Below, in pieces: positions 11,601 to 59,544 of a stretch of 64,000 nt of DNA. This DNA comes from Leucoraja erinacea (taxonomy: Eukaryota). Each line of letters begins with the position of its first letter. The first letter of the stretch is position 1. The translations under genes and the position numbers were made by a program. The stretch is from NCBI RefSeq assembly GCF_028641065.1, contig NC_073395.1, positions 18,042,001 to 18,106,000 of the forward strand. Reading direction: 5' to 3'. Under the pieces are notes generated by a model, which saw only the letters and a program-made list of their open reading frames with translations, made no database searches and was not told the DNA's origin.

Positions 11601-14600
11601 CTGAGGAGCAGTGAGCCTGTGTGCACGTGTCCAACCTCTCCCCTGCGCAGCAACTGCCAGAACACTCCGCTTTGATTTCAAACATCTGCAGAGAATGGGT
11701 AGTTTTGCTCAGTGGGTCTCAAATCCCACTGACATCAGACGCTGCTAAACCAGATGGCGGTAGCTTAGTGCTTCCAACTGCTTCAGTAGTTTAACTGACT
11801 TGTTAGTAAGTTAATACAGGCCATTAAATTACCATCATGGGCAACCTGAACAAGCTGGTACTGCTACTCATCAATCCTACAGCCTCATCAATCCATTACA
11901 CACAGGTTCCTAACCTCACCACACCCGAGACAGCTGGCATTGACAACAAGGCAAAGTTTCACTGAGCGTGGCCGCAGGAACCCGGTAAACCTGAGTCAAC
12001 GGGCAGCAAAAGGGAACAATCCACCGACTGGACTCATTCAGGACATGATGGCACTGTTGTCGGTCATGTATCCCAGCCCCAGAACATCACCACAGCTGCC
12101 GTTCAGTTGGCCCAACATCTCCGCATTTTCACCATCGGACTTCCTTCCATGAGAGGGTCAGAAGAGGGGACCATCGCGGATGATTGCAGTGTGCAACTCC
12201 ATAGAAAAGGGATCAGTTCATGTGCAGCAAGCTTCTGGGCTGACAAGTGTTATCTTCGCCCCCTTCAAGCAAGAGAGGCAACTTACTACCCGTGGTTCAC
12301 AAAGGCATCACCATAGTCGAATGTTGGGGACACTACTGGCCGGGACAAGGCACCTGGATACCGTGCAGGTCAGCGATCAGCTGCCCCACCACAAGTCACT
12401 CACCAGAGCTCTTCCGTCATCACAAATCGCATTGGGGATGTGATGGAGTATTCTCCACCTTCGTAGAGGGGAATAGCACTAATATCAACAACCATCATTC
12501 CTTTTACCACCGGTGACCATGGCTACAGAGGGTGCCAGCCTCAACATGCACTGTTAACATCACTCCGGCAGCTCCCAATCCCGTCACGCTCCTGACCCAG
12601 GAAAACATCACTGCTCCTCGATCATCGTTGAGCGATTATCCTGGCATTCCCTTGGGAACACTATCCCCACGTAACTCAAGTCAGCATATCACCACTTCCC
12701 GGAGCAGTCAGACGCAGGAGGTAAACTGACCATACCAGCGACACCCAGTGATTGAAAGAAATTAGGACTGATGTGGAGAAAGCAATGAAGGAGGAACGAG
12801 AGACGTAAATGGGCGGAGAGTTGAAATGGGAATTTCAAAACACAGCTGGCAATAGTTTGGTCGGGAAGAAGACAGGCAAGAGTGACTCCCCTGCTGCGTT
12901 GAGAGCAGGTATTCAGGTGCTGCTGAGGTTGTAAACTTGCACTGATCGGGATAACAAAGGTTAAGGACCGAAGATGAAAGATCAGGAGAAGCGTAGCACA
13001 TTCCCGGCTAGGATAGAGTTACAGGAAATGAAAACGTTTGCTTTAGCTCACCTTGTCTGTGTGGCCAGTGAGGCAGGTCACGGCTTTCCTTTCAGACATA
13101 TCCCAGAGAATCACAGTGTCATCGGCAGACGCGCTGGCTAGAACAGTCCTAACATGCAATAGAAACATTCCATTACCAGCAGTGACATGGATGAATTCAA
13201 ATCAGGATCATGTAATATCCTTAAGGAAATCTGCAGTAATGATTCTGTATGGAATTTCCCAATTTCAGCTCTCCCATGCCCGATTCATGTAGCAATCTTT
13301 CTGAGATTGTACAGCGTTGACAGAAGTGCACAATGTGCAGAAACAGACAGGATGTCTATGGGATACAGCCAGCACGGAGTCAGCACTGCACAAACTCGGC
13401 ACGATCCCGGGACCAGGATGGAGTGAGGATGATTGGCCGCACACTATAGGTTAGAACGAGGGCAAACTCACAGAAATACGATTGCGAGAGAGACCGGCGG
13501 TATGGACACTGATTGGCCCTCAGGGAAACTAGCTTTGTCTCTTTAAGAGCCAAGAAGAAGGGACCCCAGCTTTGGAGGGCAGACAATCCCAGACTGAAAC
13601 AAGGAAGAACTAAAGGCTTATAAACCCTTGGATTTCTCCCACTAACTGGGCAATAAATGATTGTTGTATATTTCATGGGTGAGATCAATGATTTTTAGTG
13701 AGTAATGTACCACGGGACATGGCAGACATGATAAAGGTTCTGCCACAGCCTAGACCGGAGGAGCAGCAGGTCGAAGGGCAGAATGGCCGCAATCCTCTGC
13801 TTTGAACTCATCGCCAATTGCTTTGTGAACATGAGAACACAGGAGCAGGAGGAGCCAGCGGGACCTCAGCCTCCCCACCATTCAATGTGTGAATGAGTTC
13901 TGGGAGCGATCGGTGTGACCCAAACAGCGGGGACTGCACTGTGGGACAATGTCCACCATTCCCCGTTTGAATGAGTTCTGGGGGCAATCTCTCTGACCCA
14001 GGGAGGCAGGGATTGTACTTTGGGACAGGTGTACTCTCTCCCACATGGGACATCACTAATCTGTACACTTCTTCACTCCCAGCGATGCACACATTTCCCC
14101 TCTCGCCACTTGTTGCATTGGGCTGCACACACTCCCTGTCACCAGGTTAAGAGCATGAACCAGCTGCTTCTCCACAGGAGTTTCCTGCTGTCTGGCAAGG
14201 ACATGAAACATCAGCATCATCTCCTGCCCGCTGCTCACACTGCTGATAATTCCCTCTATTTGCACCTCCCTGACCTGCAGGGACTGAGCACAAATGGTCA
14301 TTCACACCAACATTCCACACAAATGTTAAAACAAAATAAGTCACCAAGTTAAGTGAATTATCTCATTGTTATCAGCGGTTAAACAATTCTGCAAGATAGA
14401 CATCAAAAAGCTGGAGTAACTCAGCGGGTCAGGCAGCATCTCTGGAGAAAAGTTTCAGGTATGACCGTTCCTCAGACTATTCCTTTTCTCCAGAGACGCT
14501 GCCTGACCCGCTGAGTTACACCAACTTTTTGTGCCTATCTTTAGTTTCAACCAACATCTGCAGTTCCCTCCTCAACAATTCTGCAAATCTATCAGGTGCT

Positions 14601-17600
14601 GACATCTGGTGGGAAAACGAAGAACTGCTTCAAAACACAGAGTGCTGGAGGAACCCAGCAGGTCAGTCAGCATCTGCAGAGGGAATGGACAGACGACTTT
14701 TGTTCGCGACCATCTTCAGTTGCCTGTTCACAGATGCCGCCTGACCTGTTGAGTTCCTCAGCATTCCGTTTCTTGCTCCAGATTCCAGCATCTGCAGACC
14801 CTTGTGCCCCACAGATACAGCTCGTCCCCTGTGAAAGGTACAAGGAACAAGCTGTCAGCCCGTGTGGGCAGGAGGGAGGGATCACTGTGGGTGAGGCAGC
14901 ATCTCTCCCCTTCCCACTGCATCATGAGGCAGGTAGACTGGAAGGTGCCACTCACCTGATGTTTCTGTTCCAGGAAAGGTCCAGCACCGCATCAGAATGT
15001 CCTTCATGCCCCGACTCTGTCCCCTGAAACAATAGACCAGCACGGATAAGCTGGGGACTCCTCCGAGACAGGACCAGGCAGAACCCGCATGGTGAAAGTG
15101 TTCCTCTGTGGCAGTAATGAGCGGTCAGCTGTCCACATTGCTGGAGACTGGGCAGATGAGAGCCCATACCGTGCAGATATCCCTCTGTGGTTGGAGTGAG
15201 CAGCCAACTGTACATGCGGCCGGGGACAAGGCCAGGGACCTCCAGAACATCAGGGGGGCCTGCAGCCCCGGAGGCCCAGCCCAGCCTGGCTAGCTGAGGG
15301 ATGGTCGGTGAGGGGGACAGTGGGACGTGGAAGGGGAGGATGTCAATGGGAAAAGGAGCTGGGGTGACTAACTGTGGTGCGGATCAGCTGTGGTGGGGGA
15401 GCGGAGAGATGTGGAGAAAAAGTGGAGAGAGGGGGGAGTAGGAGGTTACACCATTGCTGGGGCCTCTGCCTCCACGTACCTTCCGCTTTTTCTTCTTGGA
15501 CGTCTCACTGCCCAGGCTGAAGACGGGCTCCAGACTGTCGACCACATCCAGGTTCCACACATCGATCACAGGAGTCATGTTGCCCACCGCAGCATGATTG
15601 CCTGCCAGAGGAGCGCACAGGGGTCAGAGGGGACGCCGGGGTCAGGGGGGACACGCCGGGGACACGCCAGGGGCAGAGGGGACACGCCAGGGTCATGCCG
15701 GAGACAGAGGGATTACGCAGGGGTCGGAGGTGAAACGGCAGGGTCGGAGGGGACAAGCCGGGGTCAGAGGCAACAAACTGGGGGTCATAGATGGACACAC
15801 TGGGGGTCAAAGGGGGGTCATGCCTGGGTCTAATGGGGACACACAAGGGGTCAAAGGGCGTAACGCTCAGGTCAGAGAACTGCCAGGGCTTGGAGTCGTG
15901 CAAAATTCACAATATATCTGGGTGAGCACTTGCACTGCAGAGCACCACATGTCATATGCTGGAAAATTAGATATTTTTGTGGATGGGAAGGGTGGCAGAA
16001 AGGCCTGTGGTACGGAAGGCCGTGTAGCCCAGCTTCCCTCAGCACTGTGACAATAGACAGGACGAGACCACTCACAGATCCAAACACAACTCACCCACTG
16101 GCCTTCCTGGGTCTGGATCAAAGTTGAGCCATTCCACACACAGGGGGTAGGCTGGAAGCAGCAGGTCATGGTGCACGTACAGGCTCTGCTCATCCTGGTT
16201 GTACACTGCAAGAAACACACGTGTCACGGTCAGCGGGATACGTCACAGACCAGCCACCGCCCCATCACGCGGTCTACACACCTGACCACGCCCTGCAGTC
16301 TCCCAGTGTGCTCATCACAGCTGGGATCTGAGCTGTTTGACACAAATGCCCCCAGATCCAGGGGCAGAGGGAAACACAGACAAATCCTGGGAATCTCAGC
16401 ACTTCCCGTCTGAGCTCATTCCAAACCAAGGCCCTGCAGACAAGAGCAGCCTGTGCCTTTACAACCTCTCACTCAGTTCTAGGCCAAACAGGTCAATATC
16501 TACACCTGCTGCCACTACAAACTAATACTGGAGGGGAGGGTGCTGGATATACCTCACCGAATATCTCGAGGATGCTGCAATCCTTCTCCACCTTCCCCGT
16601 CACTATCAGATTGTCGCTCGGTTTGATTTTAAAATCTTCATCTTCGTACTGGTCCTACAAAAATATATTGTTAGATGTTAATCTACTCATGAATTAAGCA
16701 CAGTGGAAAGAATTGTTGCTTAGTTAACATCACAATGGAACAAGTGCTCGGGACAATACTAAGAAATGGCCAGCTTCAACTTAACTGTATCTTTAAGAGT
16801 GACGTAGGGGTCGTCTTCGTTGCTGGCATAGACAGTGAGCCCGCCCAGACTATCGCCAAAGTTCACACCACCTGCACAGAATGTCAGATATTATCAGAAG
16901 CACAAATCACAGATATCAATTCACATAATGTGCTTTGGATTTGCACAGTCGGTTGTGATGGCCGGCATGGAGAGGATGGGTTAAAAGGCCTGTGCAGTGC
17001 TACATACACTAACAAATCATCTACTCACCAAATGCACAAATCAGCTTGAACATACAATCTCCCAGAACTAAGCAATTCAGATCTATTTTCCCCAGAGATG
17101 TACCTCTTTTCCCCAAAATGGTAGAGAAGCTCGAAAGCATGTATCATCAGACTCCTGAGGGTGTCAGGGGTTACGGGGAGAAGGCAGGAGAATGGGGTTG
17201 AGAAGGAAAGATAAATCAGCCTTGATTGAATTGTGGAGTAGACTTAATGGGCCAACTGGCCTAATTCTGCTCCTAGAAGTTATGAATATAGGAACAATTT
17301 ATTTCCTTTGGTTATCAAGTTTCTGAACAGTCCTTCCATAAGTTATGGTACTGTCCAATACTGTTGTACTCCCTTACCTGGACTTTGTCTATGGAACTGA
17401 TGCACTACAATGCTGAGAACTATATTCTGTATCTTCCCCTTTGCTCTACCTATTGCACTTGAGTTTGATTTGATTGTATTTATTATCCGGTCTTTTTAGA
17501 TGCAAAGCTTCTCGCTGCACCTCAGTACACGTGACAATAATAAACCACTACCCATTTCCCAATGGATTTGTATCACTCCAGAAATCCACTGACATTGCTA

Positions 17601-19461
17601 GACACAACCATGCTGGAGAAGGGCCTCGACCTAAAACATCGCCTATTCCTTTTCTCTAGAGATGCTGCCTGACCCGCTGAGTTACTCCAACACTTTGTGT
17701 CTATTCACACTTGCAGCCAACGTGGGAATAACATCAGCACATGGATGACACAGTACCCCAGCCAATCTCTTGATGTGTTTTGATGTCCCTCCTCCACATT
17801 AAACTGGTTTCCCCTCAGCCCATTCCAATGAACTCTCACTGAGCCACACACCTGCCACCCAGCCACAGAGCCTCCGAGAGCAATTAATTTCATTGTAATG
17901 AAACAAATTGAAATTTGGTACATTACATACAGGTTTATAAATGGCTCAAACGTGGTCAAACAGGACTAGCTTAGATGGTTGGCATTGGCGAGTTGGGCCA
18001 AAGGACCTGTTTCCACTGATACACTCCGTCAGTGAGCGTGCATGAGTTTATAAAGCCCTGATGATGTATTTGGCTAACGTTGACAAGGCTTTGCAGGCGA
18101 GAGCGTTGAATACCACCATCATTTAGTATGAGACTCACCTTCCTCCTCGTCGTACTCATCCAGGTCATACTCTGCCAGACTGTCCCGATCCCCCTCCTCC
18201 TGCTCCTTCTTCTCCTCTCTACCTTCTGGAGTGTCAGCATCAGAGGCAGGAAGGCCTGATCCTTCCCCCAGCTCCTGTGTCCCCTCTGCAGCCTCTTCAT
18301 TTTCCTGCTCCCGGTCCCTAGAAACAAACCATAATGTTTGGTGTGTTCCGTCAAAAAGCTCGCACTCAGCACCCGCAAACCCTGACAACTCTTCACGTTC
18401 AACCTCAGCAACAGGCGCCAGTGACACTCACTTCAACTCTTCCTTGGCATTGAGGATTAACTGTTGCAGCTCCTGTTTAGTCAGGGTGACCTAGGAAATG
18501 AAAGGCACGCAATGACCACGCATGTAAACACATGTACACTCAGACTTGGGGCCCAGGAACATGCAGCAGCTATAGTGGCACCGCTGATCCTGCGTGCCAG
18601 CACACACACAACTCCATGTTTAAGGAACTGCAGATGCTGGAAATTCGAAGGTAGACAAAAGTGCTGGAGAAACTCTGCGGGTGCAGCAGCATCTATGGAG
18701 CGAAGGAAATAGGCAACGTTTCGGCCCGAAAAGTTTCGGCTCCATAGATGCTGCTGCACCCGCAGTTTCCCCAGCACTTTTGTCTACCTATACACAACTC
18801 CAATGTGTGCTGCCTGGAGACACCTCCGCCAGGAATTCCCAGTGAGGGAGCTCACGGTTAGTGAAGGATCTCACGCCCAGTGAGGGATCTCTCCCCAGAG
18901 GAAGCTCATCTAGTGAGGGATCTCGCCTACAGTGAATGATCTATCCCCCAGTGAGGGATCTCACCCCTAGTGAGTGAGGGAGCTCATCCATAGTGAGAGA
19001 TCTCTCCCTCGGTGAAGGATCTCCCCCAGTGAGGGATCTCATCCATTATGAGGGATCTCTCCCCCAGTGAAGGATCTCTCCCCCAGTGGGGGATCTCCCG
19101 CAGTCCCCAGTGAGGGATCTATCCCCCAGTGAAGGATCTCATCCCCAGTGAGGGATCTCTCCCCCAGTGAAGGATCTCATCCCCCAGTGAAGGATCTCTC
19201 CCCCAGTGAAGGATCTCTTCCCCAGTGAAGGATCTCACCCCAGAGGGAGCTCGTCTAGTGAGGGATCTCATCCCCAGTGAGGGACCAGCACGCAGGTTGG
19301 GCGCCATGTTTACTGTCCCGCCCCCATCCCACCCCCCGGCGGCGCTCCCTCATCACCCCCTGGCGGCGCTCCCTCCCTCCCTCCCTCCCCCTGACCTTGT
19401 GCGGGGTCTCCTGAGCCGCCCCGCGGGGCGTCCACCGGGCGCACGTGTGGAACCCGCTCAT
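958..19461 (-). CDS. PWP1: Periodic tryptophan protein 1 homolog (WD40 protein), coding exons 1-10; 3' exons lie outside the window
   Basis: Exons, all GT-AG and phase-consistent: 19461-19396 ([22 protein letters not shown]), 18490-18432, 18317-18139 (acidic, [13 protein letters not shown]), 16871-16786 ([18 protein letters not shown]), 16654-16558 ([11 protein letters not shown]), 16205-16095 ([22 protein letters not shown]), 15601-15480 ([27 protein letters not shown]), 15023-14956 ([12 protein letters not shown]), 13148-13052 ([15 protein letters not shown]), 1019-958 ([21 protein letters not shown]). The peptides match human PWP1 as recalled. Confidence 0.95.
1608..1890 (-). mobile_element. 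tRNA-derived SINE, same family
   Basis: Reverse-complement match to 7542-7822. Confidence 0.7.
3730..6935 (+). mobile_element. Degraded 5'-truncated CR1-type LINE (end of endonuclease, RT, 3' tail), interrupted by a Rex1 insertion at about 4280-5245
   Basis: LGNSDHN endonuclease motif near 3750; [53 protein letters not shown]; tail ggccgaatggcctactcctgcacctattttctatgtttctat. Contains stops and frameshifts. Confidence 0.9.
4280..5245 (+). mobile_element. Rex1/Babar-type LINE 3' fragment nested in CR1
   Basis: [45 protein letters not shown]; ends in aataaa plus (ttgac)n. CR1 sequence resumes on both sides. Confidence 0.8.
7542..7822 (+). mobile_element. tRNA-derived SINE (HE1/V-SINE-like)
   Basis: A-box-like tggtagag, B-box ggttcaatcc, CR1-like 3' end gggccaagggg..tgtttct..gctgtatctctaaactaaac. 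Confidence 0.75.
8614..8653. repeat. Poly-G homopolymer (40 nt)
   Basis: Direct inspection. Confidence 0.9.
9040..10020 (+). mobile_element. Highly decayed CR1 RT fragments with other repeats inserted
   Basis: FLVYINDW and NDT RT remnants; cttattgaaacattcaaaattctt. Confidence 0.5.
10018..10058. repeat. (GAAT)n microsatellite
   Basis: Direct inspection. Confidence 0.8.
10605..11675 (+). CDS. C1QTNF4: C1q/TNF-related protein 4-like (two tandem C1q globular domains, no collagen region), 356 aa, single coding exon
   Basis: Acceptor ttttctctcctcag ends at 10598 and the ATG is at 10605. A signal-peptide-like N-terminus is followed by two RSAFS..RT..FD/H..NIG/NMG..F..C.IPGAYYF.F..GK.P.K..SV.LMKN..EVQA...QSQS.ML.L..GD..WL...TFTG.LVY units, the architecture of C1QTNF4. 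Ortholog versus paralog status is uncertain. Confidence 0.9.
   Translation: MATLADVLVTLLLTSLPPRVASVTGLNDRSAFSATRTSSMLGGLQRAVTFDKLLVNIGHDFHPDTGRLVCRIPGAYYFAFTVGKYPKKMLSVMLMKNSHEVQAIAFSDHRRKDRKVQSQSLMLPLSVGDYIWLLLSSSPKYALYSNMGPYTTFTGYLVYTEQLSQGLTNSLPPVPIASCCCPSTPQHHHGYRSAFSVARTSSLLGQSTGDLQQEAVTFHTEYINMGRHFNKQKGIFTCHIPGAYYFSFNVGKHPFKAISVKLMKNQSEVQAMIFDEDDSERREMQSQSVMLLLAMGDRVWLHSQQHQRFALYSNLGKYVTFTGFLVYPDTGSLRSSEPVCTCPTSPLRSNCQNTPL
11940..12760 (+). mobile_element. Highly decayed non-LTR retrotransposon RT fragment
   Basis: IADDC and WADK remnants; no intact ORF. Confidence 0.4.
14395..14573. mobile_element. Penelope-derived fold-back element with 13-bp TSD
   Basis: Inverted arms at about 14395-14452 and 14483-14540; aacaattctgcaa at 14382-14394 and 14574-14586. 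Confidence 0.8.
15615..15860. repeat. Degenerate G-rich minisatellite (ggggtcagaggggacacgcc) in PWP1 intron 6
   Basis: About 20 bp periodicity. Confidence 0.7.
18617..18791. mobile_element. Penelope-derived fold-back element with 11-bp TSD
   Basis: Inverted arms; acacaactcca at 18606-18616 and 18792-18802. Confidence 0.8.
18838..19285. repeat. Minisatellite, about 19-20 bp unit (cccagtgagggatctct...), in PWP1 intron 1
   Basis: Roughly 20 degenerate tandem copies are visible. Confidence 0.9.
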
Positions 19462-19700
19462 CGCCGCCGCCGGAAATGACCGGCCCGCCGCCAACAACAT
19501 CCGGTCCCGCTCCGCCGCGACCCCTGGCGGCGCCCGGCGGTAACTGCGGGGCCAGGGGCAGCGATGGGGGGGGGGAGGGGGAGGGGCAATGGAGAAACGG
19601 AGCCGGGGAGTGGGAGGAGAATACCGGGGGCAGCCGAGCCGAGTAGTGGGGGCAGGCAGCGAGGGGCAAATACGTGGGCAGTGAGGGGGCGAATTCTGGA
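19300..19700 (-). promoter_or_regulatory. CpG island / promoter of PWP1
   Basis: Dense CpG, ETS-type CCGGAA at about 19470, and GCGGCGGCGATG start context. Confidence 0.65.
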
Positions 19701-20164
19701 ACAAACAGGGGGTAGACACCGGACAGATACCAAGAGTCAACAGTATTTTATTGTCAGAACAATGAAAATGTTACTTGTAGCAGCATAACAGAATATGCAA
19801 ACATAATACTCTGTAAACGATATAAAAACGATATATATATATATACACATACACACATGTGCATACACATAAAACAAACATTAATAGTGGAAACAAACAA
19901 AAGACAGATACCGGGGCAGACAGGGGCATAATCTTTGGACAGGGGGTAGACACCAGGCAGTGAGGGGCAGGTGCAGGACGTACACCGGGTAGCAAGAGGG
20001 GAAATACCGACGCAGCGTGGAGTCACCGGGCAATCGCCGTGCTCCGGTGGCGGGGCAGAGGTGGGGGCGGGGGGCAGGAGGTGCAGATGGCGCCTTGCAC
20101 TATCAATGTCTCCATGGCTGCTGCATCTGATCCCAAGGTGACGTTTTCAGAGATGTCCTTTAAA

Positions 20165-20362
20165 TTCAGTTAGCTTTACTAAACGAAAATAATCTATGGG
20201 ATTATGCACGTATTTGGAGAGTGGAAGGAAACCGGAGCACCTTGAGAAAACCCACGCGGTCACCGGGAGAACATACAAACTCATTACAGACAGTACGCGA
20301 GGTCAGGTGCGAACCAGGTCTCTAGCGCTGTGAGGCAGCAGCCCTACCGCTGCGCCACTGTG
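20165..20362 (-). mobile_element. tRNA-derived SINE, partial
   Basis: ggaaaccggagcaccttgagaaaacccacgcggtcac core plus tRNA-like head. Confidence 0.6.
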
Positions 20363-20399
20363 AAAACATTCATAATTCTTTACTAAACATGGGTCGTCG

Positions 20400-21400
20400 T
20401 GTGTCCCACGTATCTACGTCCAGCAGTTCAGCTCACGCTCCCCCGGACTGAACAAGGACAGAATTCCCCTGGACGTCACCTCTCGCATCCAACACATCAT
20501 CCTCAGACATTTCTATCCCGTCCAACATGATCCCACCATGAATCACATCTTTCCATCTCCATCCCAATCCGCTCCCTCCGCAACTCCTGGATTCACTCGT
20601 CCCTTCCCACACACGCCACCCCCTGCCCTGCCCTGCCCAGGAACTTTCCCCTGCAAGCACAGGAGATGTAACATCAGTGCCTCCTCCCTCACCTCCATCC
20701 AGAGGCACCAGTCAACTTTCATGGTGGGACAGACGATCACACGCATCTCCTCATCTGAATCCCGTGTTCCTGGTGTGGCCGCATGTATATCCGCAAGACC
20801 AAACGCACACTTGACAACCGTTTTCACCGAACACGCGCTTTCTACAACTAGCCCACAACCATTTAAACTTTCCTTCGTTCCACCTTTCTTCCTTCCTCTT
20901 GCAGGGGTGTAGAGGCCTCTTCAATCTCAAGTATTTCTCTTGTAGTTTTACAACCCACGGCATCATTGAGCCACCTGGATCCAGCGGGACAGACATCTCT
21001 GGAGAGAAGGATATTCACGTTGAGATCCTCTTCAGACTGAATTATCCAATTTTAGATAACATCCCATCTTCCCACATCCTCTTCCCTGTAACACACCCAT
21101 TTCTACCACTAGCCCACCCTGCTTTCCCGTTCCACCTTTATTCCTTCCTCTTGCTGTACAGGCCTCTTCTCGCCAAATGTCTTTCTATGTCTTTTCATCT
21201 TGAGCACCTATCCACCCATCCGCCACTTCAACTCCCCCCTCCCCCCTCCCTTCACCTGTACACATCTATCACTTCACTTGTCTGGCTTTGTCCCGCTCCG
21301 ATCTTTCTTCCCCCACCACAATTAGCCTGAAGGGTCTCGAATAAAAACGTCATTCACCCATGTCTTCCGACAAGGTGCCTGGCCCGCAGTTACTCCAGTG
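20400..21400 (+). mobile_element. Old Penelope-like 3' fragment
   Basis: NKDRIPL, IQHIILRHF..QHDPT.NHIFPSP, PGTFPC..RRCN; collinear with 45800-46260. Confidence 0.65.
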
Positions 21401-21566
21401 AACGGTGGGGGAGTTTCCTCGTGTGGACCCTCAAACCCCCGTCCTATCCATGTACCTGTGCAAATATATTTAAATTGTGTTATAGTTCCTGCCTCAACTA
21501 CCTCCTCTGTCAGCTCGTCCCATATACCCACCACCCTCGTATGAAAAACGTCACCTTAAACCTATA

Positions 21567-21636
21567 CACAAAGTTGTTTTTCCCTGGGTGGGTTAACTAG
21601 AGGTAGTTAACCCACCCAGGGAAAAACAACTTTGTG
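21567..21636. repeat. Perfect 33-bp inverted repeat with a 4-nt loop
   Basis: cacaaagttgtttttccctgggtgggttaacta-gagg-tagttaacccacccagggaaaaacaactttgtg. Confidence 0.95.
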
Positions 21637-22246
21637 CATTCGCCCTATCTGTGCCCCTCAGAGTTTTATACATCTCTACAGGATCACGCCTCCGCCTCCT
21701 GCGCTCCTTGGAATAAAGTCCTGGCCTTCCCAGTCTCGTCCTACGGCTCAGGCCCTTGGCAGCCCCTACTCCATCAGACTGAAGACGGGTGTGTAAGAAG
21801 CAACTGCAGATGCTGGTTTACACCGAAGATGGACACAAAATGCTGGAGTAACTCAGCGGGACAGGCAGCATCCCTGGAGAAAAGGAACAGGTGACCCGCT
21901 GAATTACTCCAGCATTTTGTGCCTATCTTCAGACTGAAGGAGAGTGCCGACCTGAAGCGTCATCTGTCCATTCCCTCCACGGATGCTGCCTGACCCGCTG
22001 AGTCCCTCCAGTACCGTGTGTTGCTCCTCCTATTGCCGCTTGTGGAGTAACGGTGGGTGTGAGGCGAGGGCGATGCTCTGGGATGCCGGTGACTGAGGCC
22101 TAGCTCCCGGCTCCATCAAACCTGGAGCGGGGCATGGATTGAGAATCCTACCTTCGACCAAGTTAGCGAAAGGGATTTTAAAGCCAATTCGTTGCGTTTG
22201 GTTACTAAAGGCCCAGAAGTGTGTGGGCGGCACGGTGTGGTGGGCT

Positions 22247-22510
22247 GCACGGTGGCGAAGCGATAGAGTTGTCGCCTTACAGCGCCAGTGACCCGGGTCC
22301 GATCCTTACTCCGGGTGCGGTACTATACGGAGTCTTCCCGTGACATGCGTTGGGTTTTTTTCGGGATCTCCGGTTTCCCCCCATACTCCAAATTCATACG
22401 AGTTTGCAGGTTAATTGGCTTTGGTAGAAATTGTCCCTGGTGTGCAGGATAGTGTCAGCGGACTAGATGGGCCGAAGGGCCTGTTTCCATACTGTATCTC
22501 CAAACTAAAC
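22247..22510 (+). mobile_element. tRNA-derived SINE, same family
   Basis: Collinear with 7542-7822. Confidence 0.7.
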
Positions 22511-23258
22511 CAGGCCGGGGGGACCGTGATGACACGAGCCCGTGGTCGGACTATCCCAGACCCACTCCCCCGGCCAAGTCCAGCCTCTGCCGCGCTTCCA
22601 CTGCGCCGCTCCCCAATCTCCCACTGCTCATCAACAAAAGACACAAACGTTTCATTAAACCAACTTTATATAAAAAAAAGATCGATTTTACTAATCTATT
22701 TTACAAGCTATACTTTCATTCTATCAAAATATATCACTTCCTGAATATTGCTGCTTTCTGCAGAGTGAAGAGATTTTAAATAAATAATCTTGTGGCTGCT
22801 GCCGCGGGGTGAAGGTTGAAGGCGGCAGTATGTCACCATCTGTCCACAAGCCCATGTTCCTGTAACATGCACAACCTTTACCTCAAACGCGGCTCAAATA
22901 TTTGAGTGATATCACAAATACTTGTACAAGGAATATTAAAGAAAGATATGGATGTATATTTTATCATATCCTCGATCAGATGCATTCTGTAATCTTGCAT
23001 AGTTTGAGATTCACCAGCTGATCTCGGATGCTGGGGATGAGGGCACCGTCTCCACCCAGACTTGACAGATCCACGGCCCGGCGTGGTCTCGGGCACTCGG
23101 CTGGCGGGGGACACGAGGTTCTCGGTCGTGAACAAGCTGCAACTCCGCTCGGCTGGCGGAGCGGGCAATCCCGGTCCCCACAGGCGGGACAAGACAGGCA
23201 GTATGTGTGCGCTGGAGTCCGCGCCTCCGCTCGGAGCCGGGCTCTGGGCACTCGCCGC

Positions 23259-59464
<36,206 letters not shown>

Positions 59465-59544
59465 CGCCGCGCCGCATCCCGGCCCGCTGCACCGCAGGCA
59501 TACTGACAGCGCGGCTCAGCTCAGCTCAGGCGCGTCTCCGCCTC

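Noticed and set aside
16655-18431. snoRNAs in short PWP1 introns 2 and 4
   Set aside because: No convincing C/D or H/ACA box arrangement was seen by eye; an Infernal search would be needed to exclude them.
18838-19285. CRISPR-like periodic array
   Set aside because: This is a eukaryotic intron with tandem units and no unique spacers, so it is a minisatellite.
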